From positions 9,860,001 to 9,924,000 of the forward strand of contig CM052816.1 in assembly GCA_028534125.1 (NCBI GenBank): a DNA stretch of 64,000 nt, in the 5' to 3' direction. Under the pieces are notes generated by a model, which saw only the letters and a program-made list of their open reading frames with translations, made no database searches and had not been told where the DNA came from. Positions 51,061 to 64,000 of this stretch are shown one piece after another. Numbering within the stretch: position 1 is the stretch's first letter; every line of letters begins with the position of its first letter. This stretch comes from Lama glama. Its lineage: Eukaryota. Position numbers and translations under genes: made by a program.

Positions 51061-53299
51061 AAATGGAACTGGCATAGACAGGGAACCGCAGGGGGAAACT
51101 GTAGTCACAGGAGCACAGGCTGGCAGACTTTGCTGAGACGCAACAGCCCTGGATGGAGCACTGCCCATATTCCAGGCACTCTGAGCACTTTGCAGGCATT
51201 ATCTCCTTTGGATCTTCACAAGAGCCCTGTGAGGTAGCTATCACTATCTCCATTTCCAGGTGAGAAAACCGACTTGGAGAGTTTAAGACTTGCCTGACGT
51301 CACACACGAGGGTAGAAGTGAAACATCAGGATTTAAAAATGAGTTTCCCTAACTCCATGGACTCCCCTTAAACCCTACCCATATGGACTCCTAAACAAAA
51401 TTAGGAGGGAGCTTTTCACCGGAGTCTTATTTTAAGCCAGTTTACCAATGACTGTTTCAATTGTAATATTGGCAATTCAATTTAGTAATTCACACCAGAA
51501 GAATGCTGGATAAGGGAGGGCTCAGATGTCAGTGAGGGCATCCTGAGATAGAACAAAGTTTCTGTCTTTACATAACACAGGTGCATAAAATGTTTCCGGC
51601 CCGGACACGGACGTCAGTGCTCTCCGGATTACACATTCAGAGCTGTCATTCCCAGTATTATTATGGTATCATGGCAACTGGTTCATGTCAGAATTCCTGC
51701 ATTTTAATTCTTGCCAAGCAGTGGAAAGAGTGTCTCACTTATCGTCAGAACTCAGTAAGTCCTTAGAGCTCATCGAGCCCAGCCCTTTTCATTACACAGA
51801 TTAAGAAATGCAATTCCTACTGACATTAACTTGGATGAATCTTAAAGACACAAAAGACTACAAGGGCCACCAAGTAAAGTTTCAATACAAGAAAAAGAAA
51901 ATGAATTATGTCTGTTTTTTTTAAAAAAAAAACTATATGGTATATAATTCCTTTTATATAAAGTTCCAAATAGATAAAAACAAATCTGTGGTGACTGAAA
52001 TTCAAATAATGGTAACCTCTGTGGCTGGGGGTAAAAGATGTTTACTATGAAGAGGCACAAAGAAATCTTTAAGGCAATCAAAAAATATCTCTACTTTGAT
52101 CTGAATGGCAATTACACAGATAGATATATAAATAAAGTGCATCAAACTATACACTTAAGATTTGCAAATTTTATTGCATGCAAATTATATCCAAAAAGAA
52201 CATGAAAGAAGGAAATAAAAAATGCTGGCATACTAAGATGCTTGTCTGCATCTCATTTTCTATCAAATTACAACTATATAAATTACATTTAGGAATGCAT
52301 ACGTAAAAAATTGCTCTGTCGAACAGGGAAGAAATTTACTCAAGACCATGCAATAAGGAAAAGATTAGGTTTGAATTTTACATTTCATGACATAATGGCT
52401 TAGAAATACCTGGAATTATAAATAAGTTTTAATGAAGTCCCCTCCAATACTGTGGGAAAGTATAATACAAAGAGTATTGAGTTTGAAACTAGATTATTTG
52501 TGTTCAAAGATCAAGTTTAAAATTATTTGTATAAATTACAAAGTCTGTCACATGGTAGGCATCCAACTTACTTGAGGGTGAGGGTAGTGTGAAAGGATGA
52601 TTGAACGAAATACAATAAATCATTTAACTTATATGCATTTAGGAACAATAAAAATGAAAAAAATTATATATTCTAAAACAGTAACCATAATATGTTCTGT
52701 AGAAGACTAAGTATTTATAATTGTATCATTTGAAAAAAAGCATTTTAAAGTCAAATATGGTTTGCTAATCTTGGTTTAAACAAATTAAGTAACTTTGCTT
52801 GGCTCCAGGACTTCTTTAAACTGTTAATATGCATGTGAAATTCCTAAAGAAAAATAAAATATACAGCATTTTCTATAATCATTTAACCAGTGAATTTTCA
52901 CTAGGTTGAAATATTTATTAAAATCTCACAAAACAAAGATGTATCATAGAAGGAAAGAGTCATATCTTTTTTTGGTGGGGGCAGGGTCCAAAGTATATGT
53001 GTATATGTATGTATGTGTGTATGTATGTATAAATACACACACACACACATATATATATATACAGGTTTTTTAATTATATTGATACACATTGTCCAGATAT
53101 GTTGCCCTTTTCATTATTTCATGACAAAATTTATTATTATAATCCTTGAAAATATTTGCTAATTTGACAATAAACAACTGATAGCTTAAGCTTAAATTTA
53201 TTCTCTTCTGGGCTTTGTTAATAGCATTTCTAAATATTATTTTATGTATTTATTAGGGGATTTTTGGTGCTATTAGTCTATCTGCATTTTAAAATTTTT

Positions 53300-53955
53300 A
53301 ATATATATTTTTATTGAAGTATAGTCAGTTTACAATGTTGTGTCAATTTCTGTTGTACAGCATAAAGCTTCAGTCACACATGGACATACATATATTCATT
53401 TTCATACATACTCTTTTTCACCATAAGTTACTTAAAGATACCGAATATAGTTCCCTGTGCTATACAGTATGAACTTGTTTTTTTAATCAATTTTATATAT
53501 AAGTTAGTATCTGCAAATCTTGAACTCCCAGTTTATCCCTTCCCATTCTCTTCCCCTCCGATAATTGTAAGTTTGTTTTCTATGTCTGTGAGTCTGTTTC
53601 TGTTTTGTAAATAAGTTCGTTTGTCTTTTTTTTTTTTTTATGATTCCACATATGTCTTAGCAATGTTCTCCTAGGGCAGTCTACCCAGACAAAAGAAATA
53701 AAAGCAAAAATAAACAGATCAGACCTAATTAAACTTATAAGCTTTTGCACAGCAAAGGAAACCATAGCAAAACAAAAAGACAAGCTACAGAACAGGAGAA
53801 AATATTTGCAAAAGATGAGCTGACAAGGGCTTAATTTCCAGAATATTTAAATTGCTCGTACAACTTAAAAATAAAAAAAAAACAACCCAATCCAAAAATG
53901 GGTAGAAGACCTCAACAAGCAATTCTCCAATGAAGACATACAAATGGCCAAGAGT
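53300..53955 (-). mobile_element. Young-family L1 with 5' inversion (3' UTR antisense at 53300-53654; inverted ORF2 piece at 53655-53955)
   Basis: ttttattgaagtatagtcagtttacaatg...ttccacatatg joined directly to plus-sense ORF2 sequence (agcttttgcacagcaaaggaaacc...gaagacatacaaatggccaa). Confidence 0.85.
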
Positions 53956-54099
53956 CATATCTTTTTTAAAGAATGAGGGAAAATGTCAAACTTAGTCAAT
54001 AATATCCAAATAGAAATGAGTGAAATGAAGTGAGATTTCACTTTTACTAACTTTCAAATCCAAATTTAAACATTATTTTTTATTAATTACTTTAAAAGA

Positions 54100-57000
54100 T
54101 GTGATCTCCTAAAGCAGAAATAGCTAAATACATTTGGGGATTTATTACATATGAGGAAATGAAACATAGGACCACAGGGGTATAAATGACTGAAGGGAGG
54201 AACAATAAATATACTATTGTAAGGTTGTTAAATAATAAATGGTTGGCATAATATTTAATTATAGGCTGTAAAAAAAAGTTAAAATGTATATTGAAAACAC
54301 TACAGTAAAACTGAAAAAAAAATTTAATGAGACATAACCAATAAGCAGTAGTGGAGATACAGTGAAATCCCAGAAAAATACTCAATTAATCCAAAGGTAG
54401 AGGGGAAGGAGAAATAGAGAACAAAAATACAGAAGAGAAAAGAACTTATATGTAATAAAATGGTAGATCCCAATTCTATATTATCAGTATTTACATTAAA
54501 TATAAATATCCCAATTAAAAGGCAGAAATACTTAGACTAGATAAAAAGCCAAAACCCAACTATGTAGTATCTCTAGCAAAACCATTTTAAATATAAAAAA
54601 TATAAATCAAGTGTTAAAAGGTTAAAAAAAAATCATCAAAAGAAAGCTGCAGTGGCCATACCAGTATTAGACAAAGTAGATTTCAGAACCAGAAATATTT
54701 CCAAGAAAAAAGAGATATATTACATCAAGAAAAAGGGACTGAGTTATCAAGTATACATAGTGTTAAATTTGCATGCATCTAACAACAGAGTGTCAAATAC
54801 ATGAAGTAAAAACTGATAGAACCTAATAGAAAAATAGACAAATCCTAATTAAATGTGGAGATGTCAACAGTCTTTTCTTAACAGTCTTCAGTGACAGATA
54901 GAACAAGCAAAGGAAAATCAGGATATAAAGATATTAACATTATCACTTACCAGCGTACTTCATAGTGAGAGAACACTCTGCCCAACAAGAAAAGAGTTCA
55001 CATTTTCTTTCCAATGCACACAGAACATTCACCAAGACAGATCATATAATGGGCTATAAAACTAATCTTAACAAATTCAAAAGGATTTGAACTATGCAAG
55101 AGATTTTTCTCTGACCGCAAAAAAAATTAATTAGTAATCTTTGAAGGGCAGAACTTAATTTCCTAGTCTTTCAAGGCACACACCCCAAAGTCTCAATCAA
55201 AAGTCCGGAAGGGCTATAATAGAATCCAGATATATACTAATTTTACTAAAACTCCTTAATCCCAAACAATTTAACCCCTGATTGGATTTATGTGATCAGG
55301 CTCTTGCCCCATCTGTCTAAAAGAAAAAATAAAATGTAGGGGTTGGACAGCTCTGGTAGAAAATACCATCATCTTGATGAAGACTTTATGATTACATTAT
55401 ACACTATGTCCAAAATACTAGATAAGCAATGTGGCAAGAATATATACCTAATGATCAACAGAAAAATCATGCAGAAGGAGAAGAAACGTGTCATTAGCAG
55501 ACAAAGAAATTTTGTTAACTATGATTAATACATTTATTACATTAATATGTTGCACTTGTCCCCTAAAGTCAGAAATAAGAAAAGGATGTCAACTACCACT
55601 ACTTCAATTCATCATTATGAAGTTAGTTCTAGCCAAAATTAAAAGCTTATGATGTTTATAAAGAAGTATGTAAAACTGTCTTTCTTTCACAGATGGCATG
55701 ACTGTCAACCTAAAACATCAAATACAAGATATAATAAAGTATAAAAATCAATTTAGCAAGGTCACTAGATCCAAGATCAATTCACAAAAGCCAGTTGTAT
55801 TTCTACATACTAGCAACAAATAATTTAAAAATAAGATAACATGAAACCATTTACAATATAATTTTTTAGAAAACCAAACACTTAGGAATAAATCTTCAGA
55901 AAGTTATGCAAGATCTCTGTGCTAAAAACTATAAACCATTGCTGAGAGAAATTAAAGACTCAAATAAATGAAAAGATATTCTGTGCTCATGGGTCAAAAA
56001 AATCAATATTCAAGATGTTAATTCTCCCAAAATTCGTCTATAGATACAATGCAATCCCAATCAATAAGGCCATTTTTTTTAACTGGGCTTTCTTCTTTTG
56101 CAATTTTTTGAAAATTGACATGCTGATTCCAAAGTTTATACATAAATTCAGACATAGAATAGTCAGGACAATATTAAAGAAGGAGAATAAATTTGAGATT
56201 ACAAGATTCCAAGATGTTCTGGAAAGCAACAACTTAAGACAATTATGAATTCGGTGTCAAGACAGAAAAATAGACCAAAGGAAAAGAACACTGAAACCAG
56301 AAATATTCTTATGACCTAATAAGAAAAAGGAAAACAACCTAACAAATAAATGGGCAAAGGACTTGAATGACACTTCAAAATATAGAATATCCAAGAAGCC
56401 AATGTGCATATCAAAATGCATAAAGCAATATAAGTAATCAGAGAAACACAAATTAAAATCACAATGATATAGCACTATACACCAAACAAGAGGGCTAAAA
56501 TTAAGAGGACTGACAATGTCAAGTATTGGGGAGTATATTGAGCAACTTGAACTCTCATGCATTCCTGGTGGGAGTATAAATTGGTTCAGCCACTTTGAAA
56601 AACTATTGAGCAACATCTCCTGAAGCCAAATATTTGCCTACCCTATGACACACCCATCAAACTCCTAGCTATAAACTCAAGAGAAGTGAGTGTGTATTTT
56701 CGCTAAAAGACATGTACAAGAATCTAAATCAGCATCCTCATATCAGAAAAATTCAAATGTCCATCAACAGTAGGGTAGATAAATAAATTGAAGCATATTC
56801 ACACAATGTAATACTGCTCAAAGTAAACAGTAACATACATACATGAAATAAATTTCAAAACATTACATTGAGTGAAAGGAGCTAGACACCAAAGCATGAA
56901 TATACTATGTGATTGCATTTATATTATGTTCAAGAATGAGTAAAACTAATACATTCAGCAAGATTTTAATTTATGATATGTATACCTACTACATGTAAGT

Positions 57001-59580
57001 TATACTTCAAAACTACTTATGTACAACCAAGAAAAATAAGTATAATTAGACAAAACTCAACTTAGCTAGAAATTAAAAAAAAATTTCTAAATAGTACATT
57101 GGTCAAATAAGAAAATTCACACAAAAAGTATAAATATTTTAAATGAAAGATAAGAAAAAGATGCCTGCTTAGGAATTCGGGTAAGAAGGGTGAGGGAGGA
57201 AATTTATAGCTTTATATGTATCATTACTTTCAAAAGAGGAGTCAAAAAATTAATAATCTCAGCTTCAATCCCAAGAAGGCTTAAAATAAATAGAAAGTAT
57301 TCCTTAGAATACTAAAAAGAAAGGAATAATAAACCAAAGAGCTGAAATCAGTGAAACAGAAAATAAATGTATAGGATGGAAAACCAACAACAGGAAACAC
57401 TAGTTCTTTACAAAGTTTAATAAATAGATAAACCCTAGCAAAACTGATAAAGAAAAAAAGGATAAAAGCCCACAAATGATCAGTATCAGAAATTAAAAAG
57501 AGGATATCATAAAATATTCTATGGACAGCAAAAATATATAATAAACAAGTACATACTACCTAATTTACAGTTTGATGAAATGGAAACATCCTATGAAAAC
57601 ACAATTTGTGAAATCTGACAGAAGAAGTAAAAAAATCTAACTTGTGTGAAACACATTAAGAAAATCAAAACTGTTACTTAGAAAGTTTCACAGAGAAAGA
57701 GGAAAACAACCCCTAATTCTGCTTACAAAGCTGGCATAGCATTAATTCCAAAACTGACAAAGACATACAAGAAGGAAAAATTAGAAACCAATCTCTTACA
57801 TGAATATAGACACAAAAATCCTTAACATGTTACATGTGTGTGTGTTGGGGAGAGGGGAAGAGACAGCGGGAGATGATATATAAAACTTTATAACAAAAAA
57901 ACAAACAACCTAATCCAAAAACGGGCAGAAGTCCTAAACAAGCAATTCTCCAATGAAGACATACAAATGGCCAATAGGCACATGAAAAAATGCTCAATAT
58001 CACTAGTTATCAGAGAAATGCAAATCAAAACTACAATGAGGTATCACCACACACCAGTCAGAATGGCCATCATTCAAAAGTTCACAAATGATAAATGCTA
58101 GAGAGGGTGTGGAGAAAAGGGAACCTTCCTACACTGCTGGTGGGAATGTAGTCTGGTGTAACCATTATGGAGAATAGTATGGAGATTCCTCAAAAAAACT
58201 AAAAACAGACTTACCGTATGATCCAGCAATCCCACTCCTGGGCATACATCTGGAGGGAACTCTAATTCAAAAAGATACACACACCCCAATGTTCACAGCA
58301 GCACTATATACATACAATAGCCAAGACATGCAAGCAACCTAAATGTCTATCAGCATATGACTGGATAAAGAAGCTGTGGTATATTTATACAATGGAATAT
58401 TACTCAGCCATAAAAAAGAATAAAATAATGCCATTTGCAGCAACATGGATGGATCTAGAGATCATCATTCTAAGTGAAGTAAGTCAGAAAGAGAAAAATA
58501 CCATATGGTATCACTTATATGCAGAATCTAAAAAAAAGAAGAAGAAAACAAAGGACACTATGAACTCATCTACAAAACAAAAACAGACTTGCAGACATAG
58601 TAAACAATCTTATGGTTACCCAGGGAAAAGTAGTGAGAAGATATAAATTTGGGAGTTTGAGATATACAAATTTTAACCACTATATGTAAAAATAGATTTT
58701 AAAAAGTTTCTTCTTTATAGCACAGGGAACTATATTCAGTATCTTGTAATAATTTTTAATGAAAATGAATGTATGTATGTATATGCATGGCTGGAACATT
58801 GTGCTGTACACCAGAAGTTGACACGTTGTAACTGACTTCAATTTTTTAAAAAAGGTGAATTTTCCCCAATTATGCAAAGATTTATTCAAAGTTATGTCAA
58901 TGTTATTGTCATATTAGTGAAGAAAAGAAATAAAGCCACATGATCATATAACAGCAGAAATAGCCTGAATAACAATTCAATACATGTTAAAAACACTTAG
59001 CAAACTAGAATCTCACAAGGAATACAGGGAGAAAATTAAAGCAATCATTATTCTCAACGGTGAAATACTGAAATTTTCACTTGGAATAGGAAATAAAGAT
59101 TTCTGCTAATACTATCTGTATCCATCATAGTACTGGTGGTGGTCCTAGTCAATGCAATAAGGCAAGAAAAGAAACTAAGGCATAAGAATTAGAAAGGAAG
59201 AAATAAAACTGTCATTATTTCTAGAAAACCTAATTGTGGGCACAGAAAATCCAAAAGAATCTATAAATAAATTATTAAAATAAATATATGGCATTAGCAA
59301 GACTGCTATAAACAAGGTCCTTTTAAAAAATCAATTGTAGCTCTATAAACCAGCAATAAACAATGAAATTCAAAATGAAACATCAAAATTTTAGGAACAA
59401 ATATAGTGAAAAATGCACAAAACCTCTACACTGAAAATCATGAAACAGTATTTGAGAGAAATTTTTAAATATTGAAATAAATGGAGAAATACATGACCAT
59501 GAATAAACAGACTTGAAATTGTAAAAAATTTCAAATCTCCCCAAATTTAATGTATAAATTCAACTCAGTAACAAGATACT
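54100..59580 (+). mobile_element. Composite of nested old L1 fragments (endonuclease ~54460-55130; RT to 3' end ~55550-56960; ORF2 middle ~57060-57830 and 58855-59580)
   Basis: Recurrent ORF2 motifs: gacaaagtagatttc, gaacattcaccaagacaga, cacagatggcatgac, aaatgggcaaaggacttgaa, caatgcaataaggcaagaaaaag. Confidence 0.8.
57870..58852 (+). mobile_element. Young-family L1, ~1 kb 3' end (ORF2 C-terminus and 3' UTR), nested in an older L1
   Basis: ORF 58392..58646 MEYYSAIKKNKIMPFAATWMDLEIIILSEVSQKEK is the typical L1 ORF2p C-terminus; 3' UTR shared with other copies here. Confidence 0.92.
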
Positions 59581-60839
59581 TATTTCCAGAAAAGAGTCTG
59601 GAAAATTTGTCCTGTAAAATAATAGAAAAAAAATTGTACCCAGAGAAAAGGACTTGAAAAGAATGAAAGGTTATCTAGGGAAAGTGGGTACTGATTCCTT
59701 TAGTCTCTGTAGCTACAAAAGGTGAACTGGGATCCATGGGTAGAGATTATGAGGAGACCAATTCAGCTTCTTATAAGGAAAAGCAAATAATCTAAGATAG
59801 ACTACCTTGCTTCAAGAGGTAATGTACCGTCTATCTCTTTAAGAATATTGAGGATGGGATATTAGCCATAAATGGAAAGTCACAATTAATGATTCCTAAA
59901 ATCTTTCTTCCAGTTCTAATACTACATTTTTTTTAAAAGAGGATAAAGCTCTTGGGAGTGAGATTTAATTTCAGAAGACTGGTCACTTTACTGACTAGGA
60001 GAAACAACTTTGGACAAGTAATTTGACTTCTCTCAATGGTCAGTAAATTGAAAATAATTTCAGCCTTCTCACATTACTGAAGTGAGGACAAAAATGTGCA
60101 AACAGAAGCATTTTGAAAACTATGCCATACATATATTTGCTACTGCTCTTATTACTTGAAGATTTTTACTTGTATCAGAAAGACGACCGAAAAACTAGAT
60201 GACTGGAGATATTTTTGGAGCTATCGAAAGTAAGAGTCTGCAGGAAGCAGCTGGGACTCTCAGGTGCAATGTGGGTGGGAACTCCCTGAGATGTTATCTG
60301 AAGGAGGGAAGAGCTTACCCAACAGTGCAGGGAAGCTCAGTTGAGATATATCACCAAAGAATAAGGTTCTTGGGAATCAGAGGGCCTGTGCACCTGCTGG
60401 CACTAGACTTGACAGACACGCAGCCAACTTGGCCATGTGTAACAGAAGGATCAAACAGCTGGGGCCAGCAATTAAGTGAGCATAAAAGTAGGGGAAATAC
60501 TTTTAAATAAAGTCAAATTGGTAAGTCAATATGGTAGACAATGAGTTATTCAATATGGTCAAAATTTCTGAATAATTGAGAATTTACCCTTTACATACCA
60601 TATGGCTTACCCAAGTCCAGGGGGAAAATAATTCTGAAAATCTATACACACATATTTTTGCCTCCTTGAATGAAAAATAACTCACATAATTTAAACTATC
60701 ATTCACAACTGTATATAGTAGTTAAACCTTTAGATTTTATTAAGGCATGTGAATTGTTTGCCCCCCCAGTTTTCTTCCCTGATTGGTGTGTTCTCTGAGT
60801 TCTCCTATAAGCCTTCTTTGTGGAATTTTCTACCTTAGC

Positions 60840-63480
60840 CACCTGTACAACATAGCAGCACCCTAGGCCTCATCATGACATGGAAATCCTCCCTCCCCAA
60901 GATGCAAAACAAGTCCCCTTTCTGATCAGATCACCTTCTTTCTATCTTGCCCACTCTCTAAGTCCACTCAACTTGCTTCTCACGTTAATCACACCCAGAG
61001 TCTCATCTCCCCTTCCTAGTATCTCTGGATGAATATCCCCTTTTAGCTTCTAATTTTTATCCCAACCTAAATTCAATGCTGAATATATCAAGGTCTCTCT
61101 CACCTTCAGCACCACAGGCTCTTGAACTTACTTCCATGGCTTCTCTCTGCAAATTCCACACCCAAGCAGTAAAGACCAGCTATTTTCTTGTGCGGGCAGA
61201 GCTCCTATTTAAGAAACCAGGCTCTGCAACATTGTAAACTGACTATACTTCAATCGAAGAAAACAACAACTAGGCTGTGGATTCAGGGACATCTAACTTT
61301 GAATTCCAGTTCTACTAGTTACTGTTTCTATGACCTGAGCCCCTTTATTTAAGTTCTCTGTGTCTCAGCTCAATGCGTGTAGTAGAGTCACCGCTGTGTC
61401 CCCACGACAGCCCCTTGACAAAAATCAGATACAAAATATAGCGCTTGTTGAGTGGCAATGACCATTACCTTCCTTAACGTATGGAGAAGACCTTAAATTT
61501 CACTTCATGTTCCTTCTTTTCACTTCAAAATATATCTACAATTTTATCTAACTTTTTCTTTGTCCAGTTTATCTGAGAAGGAGGATGACTGCAGTTCTGC
61601 AAGGCTAATCCCCTGCCTCTCTTCTGTATCCCAGTACTCCCACGTCTTCAACGCATCACCCTATCAAATTTCCTGATTGTGTTCTCACCACAACAGGATG
61701 TTTTTCCTTTAACCCACAAACATGCTTTATCTCTCTCTTCCTTACTCCCTCCATTCTCCCTTCTTCTCACTTTGCCAAGGTCCTCTGAAGGGCAGTGTCT
61801 ACTGATGGCTTCTACTTCCCTGCCTCTCAGTCATTCACTTATTCACTTAACCATTCACCAAATCTAATTTATCTTCTCTCCCACAACTTTACTGAAAATC
61901 ACTGAGCATGAGCTATTGAAAGATAAATTTGTTTTTCGTTTCTCATCAAAACGTGACACAATTACTACACTTTCCTATGAACTCTCTCTGCCTTTCATTT
62001 CAGGAGCACTACTCTCTTCAACTGTGCTTTTACCACACAGAACACTCTTTCCCATATTTACTTGTTTTCCTTTCCTTCACTGACTACTTCTTAAATCGGC
62101 CATGTTTCACAAATTAATTCTTGGCCCATTACGGTTCAGCTATATGAGGTTAACCCTAAATCATTATCTCCCATCTCAATCTCCCCCTTGATCCAAACTT
62201 CTAACTCTCTATCAGTCATTATTACTTACATATCCAAAACCAACCTTACCATTTCTTCTCCACACCAAAGTCTCCTCCTGTTCATTTCCCTAAAGAGGGA
62301 ATTTTAGTTAGAGTTTCCCCAGCCCTACCTAGAAACCTAAAAGTCACCTTTAACACCTTTTTAATTCAGGCACATCTAATTAGTCACAATATCTTATCTG
62401 TTCTATCCATAAAATTCCAAATCTACCCTCATATTCTTATCTTCATTATCAACGCTTGCATGTTTATTTGATTTTATTCATGTAAGATAGAACTCTTGAC
62501 TTCCCCTACCCAAACTTGACCCCCACCTGCAATCTGTCCTATTAGTAAATGACACCATAATGCCAACTGATAATACCAAAAACCTAGGAATTGTTCTTGA
62601 TTTTTCCACTTCGCTCGACCATCAGATGCAATCCATCATCTATTCTTGAAGATCCACCTTGTAATGATCATGAATCAATATGATATTCTTTCCACCTCTA
62701 CTATCATCCTTAGGTCAGGCCATCAAGGGCTCTCACCTAACTTTTGAAATTTTAAGTAGCTATCTTTCATTCTTAACCCATAACCCTCTTTCAGTATATT
62801 CAGATTGCCTTTTTTGAAAGATAGTAATAATCATCATCATCATCAGACACATCAAATACATGTTAGGCACTGTTTAAGTGCTTTACACATATTAATTAAT
62901 TTTATCTTCACAGCATAACTATGAGGTCCAAGGCTCAGAGTGGTAAAGTAGGTTGCTTAAGACCAAAGACGCAAATGAAATCAGGTCTTAGGTCTCCCTT
63001 TTAGCAACCATCCAACAGATGTCCATTATATTTATAATTAACGAAATATTTTACTGTGGCCAACAATGCCCTGCATAACCTCACTTTTGCCTCGCACTTT
63101 ATCTCCATCACGTGTGTCCCTTCCCTCTGTTCACCTCTCTTTCACTGCACTACCCTTCTTTCTGTTTCTACGATATCACAAACTCTCTCCTAACTCAGAG
63201 ATTTTACTTCTTTTATATCCTTTATCTGGAAAGCTGTTCTTCTACCTGACCCTTCCCATAACTTACTTCTTATCTCAACCTTCATGTCTCAAATTAAATG
63301 TCACTGTTTTCCCTGAGAAACATACCTAAAATGAAGGCCTTCATTATTTTCTATCAAAGCACTATTTGAACCTCCTTCATGGCATTTGTCTCTGTAACAA
63401 TTGTATTAATTTACTGTTTATGGGTCCATTGTTTCTCTTCTGATGCATTATAAATTCTATGAGGTCAGGGACCATGCCTT
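60840..63480 (+). mobile_element. Degraded L2 LINE region with MIR insertions
   Basis: C/T-rich sequence ending in an L2-like 3' end (aaattctatgaggtcagggaccatg). Confidence 0.55.
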
Positions 63481-63814
63481 TGGGATGGCTTCCTTTTGCT
63501 TGGAGGAAAAAAATCCAGACACCTTGGCATGTCAACTTACAGCACAGTCTGATTCTAACCTTCCTTTCCAGCTTTATTTCCCAATAATATTCCTAAACAT
63601 GAAAGTTTAATTACAACTAATTATCAGTTACTAATTATAAATTGCTAATTTCCCATAGGGAACTATATTCAATATTTTAAAGTAACCTATAATGAAAAAG
63701 AATATAAAACAAACAAAATCAATCAATCAATCAAATCACTAATTTCCAAAAACACTGTGGAAAACAACTTGACACTATCCAGCAAAGTTGAAGTCATACA
63801 TATACCACGTCAAC

Positions 63815-63945
63815 AAGCAGTGCAATTCCTGGGCCCTAACCTAGAGCTACTAAGTCAGAATATCTTGGGGAAGGGTTATAAAAACTGTATTCATCAACTT
63901 TCCCAGGTAGTTCTCACTAATATGAAATTTGAGAAGCACAGTCCT
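63815..63945 (+). mobile_element. MER5A-like hAT relic
   Basis: attcctgggccc..cctagagctactaagtcagaatatct..ctgtatt..ccaggtagttct..tttgagaagcac. Confidence 0.65.
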
Positions 63946-64000
63946 AAGGGAATGGACAGGAAAAAGCAAGGATTTAGGCGTTCAGTTGAATTTGGGAAGG

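Noticed and set aside
51090..51106. ZNF143-like motif (ACTACA...CCC) on the minus strand
   Set aside because: Spacing is one base off the ACTAYRNNNCCC consensus.
57870..58852. Active or intact L1
   Set aside because: Only about 1 kb of the 3' end is present, with indels; all L1s in the window are truncated relics.
108..63329. Most ORFs of 60-120 aa in the supplied track
   Set aside because: They are chance ORFs, antisense or out-of-frame shadows of SPINK5 exons, or L1 remnants; none supports an independent gene.
30100..64000. Additional Kazal/SPINK exons or another gene upstream
   Set aside because: No Cys-pattern or PVCG-type motif with splice sites was seen by eye; small or non-coding exons cannot be excluded.

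Overview
Mammalian genomic DNA (AT-rich, CpG-poor, LINE/MIR-rich), not prokaryotic. Bases ~178-29,890 hold the 5' half of SPINK5 (LEKTI, multidomain Kazal-type serine protease inhibitor) on the minus strand. I resolved a TATA promoter and coding exons 1-15, all with AG/GT boundaries, giving an open 1,448-nt frame (482 codons + 2 nt) that encodes the signal peptide and domains D1-D7. The gene continues past the left edge of the window. The remaining ~34 kb is upstream intergenic DNA made mostly of L1, L2, MIR, MaLR and hAT relics, plus a 3'-truncated U6 retrocopy and some candidate regulatory motifs. The youngest L1 3' ends, and the absence of recognisable Alu, Bov, PRE1, CHR-2 or CAN SINEs, suggest a camelid-like cetartiodactyl (inference). 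I found no evidence for a wholly new biological system. The best leads are lineage-specific features of LEKTI: a 15-bp coding duplication in exon 8, a Leu at the D2 P1 position, gains and losses of furin-type sites in linkers, near-identity of exons 13 and 15, an in-frame tandem splice donor at exon 10, and a 6-codon uORF. Human comparisons are from memory and need checking. Repeat boundaries and subfamily names are approximate, by eye.
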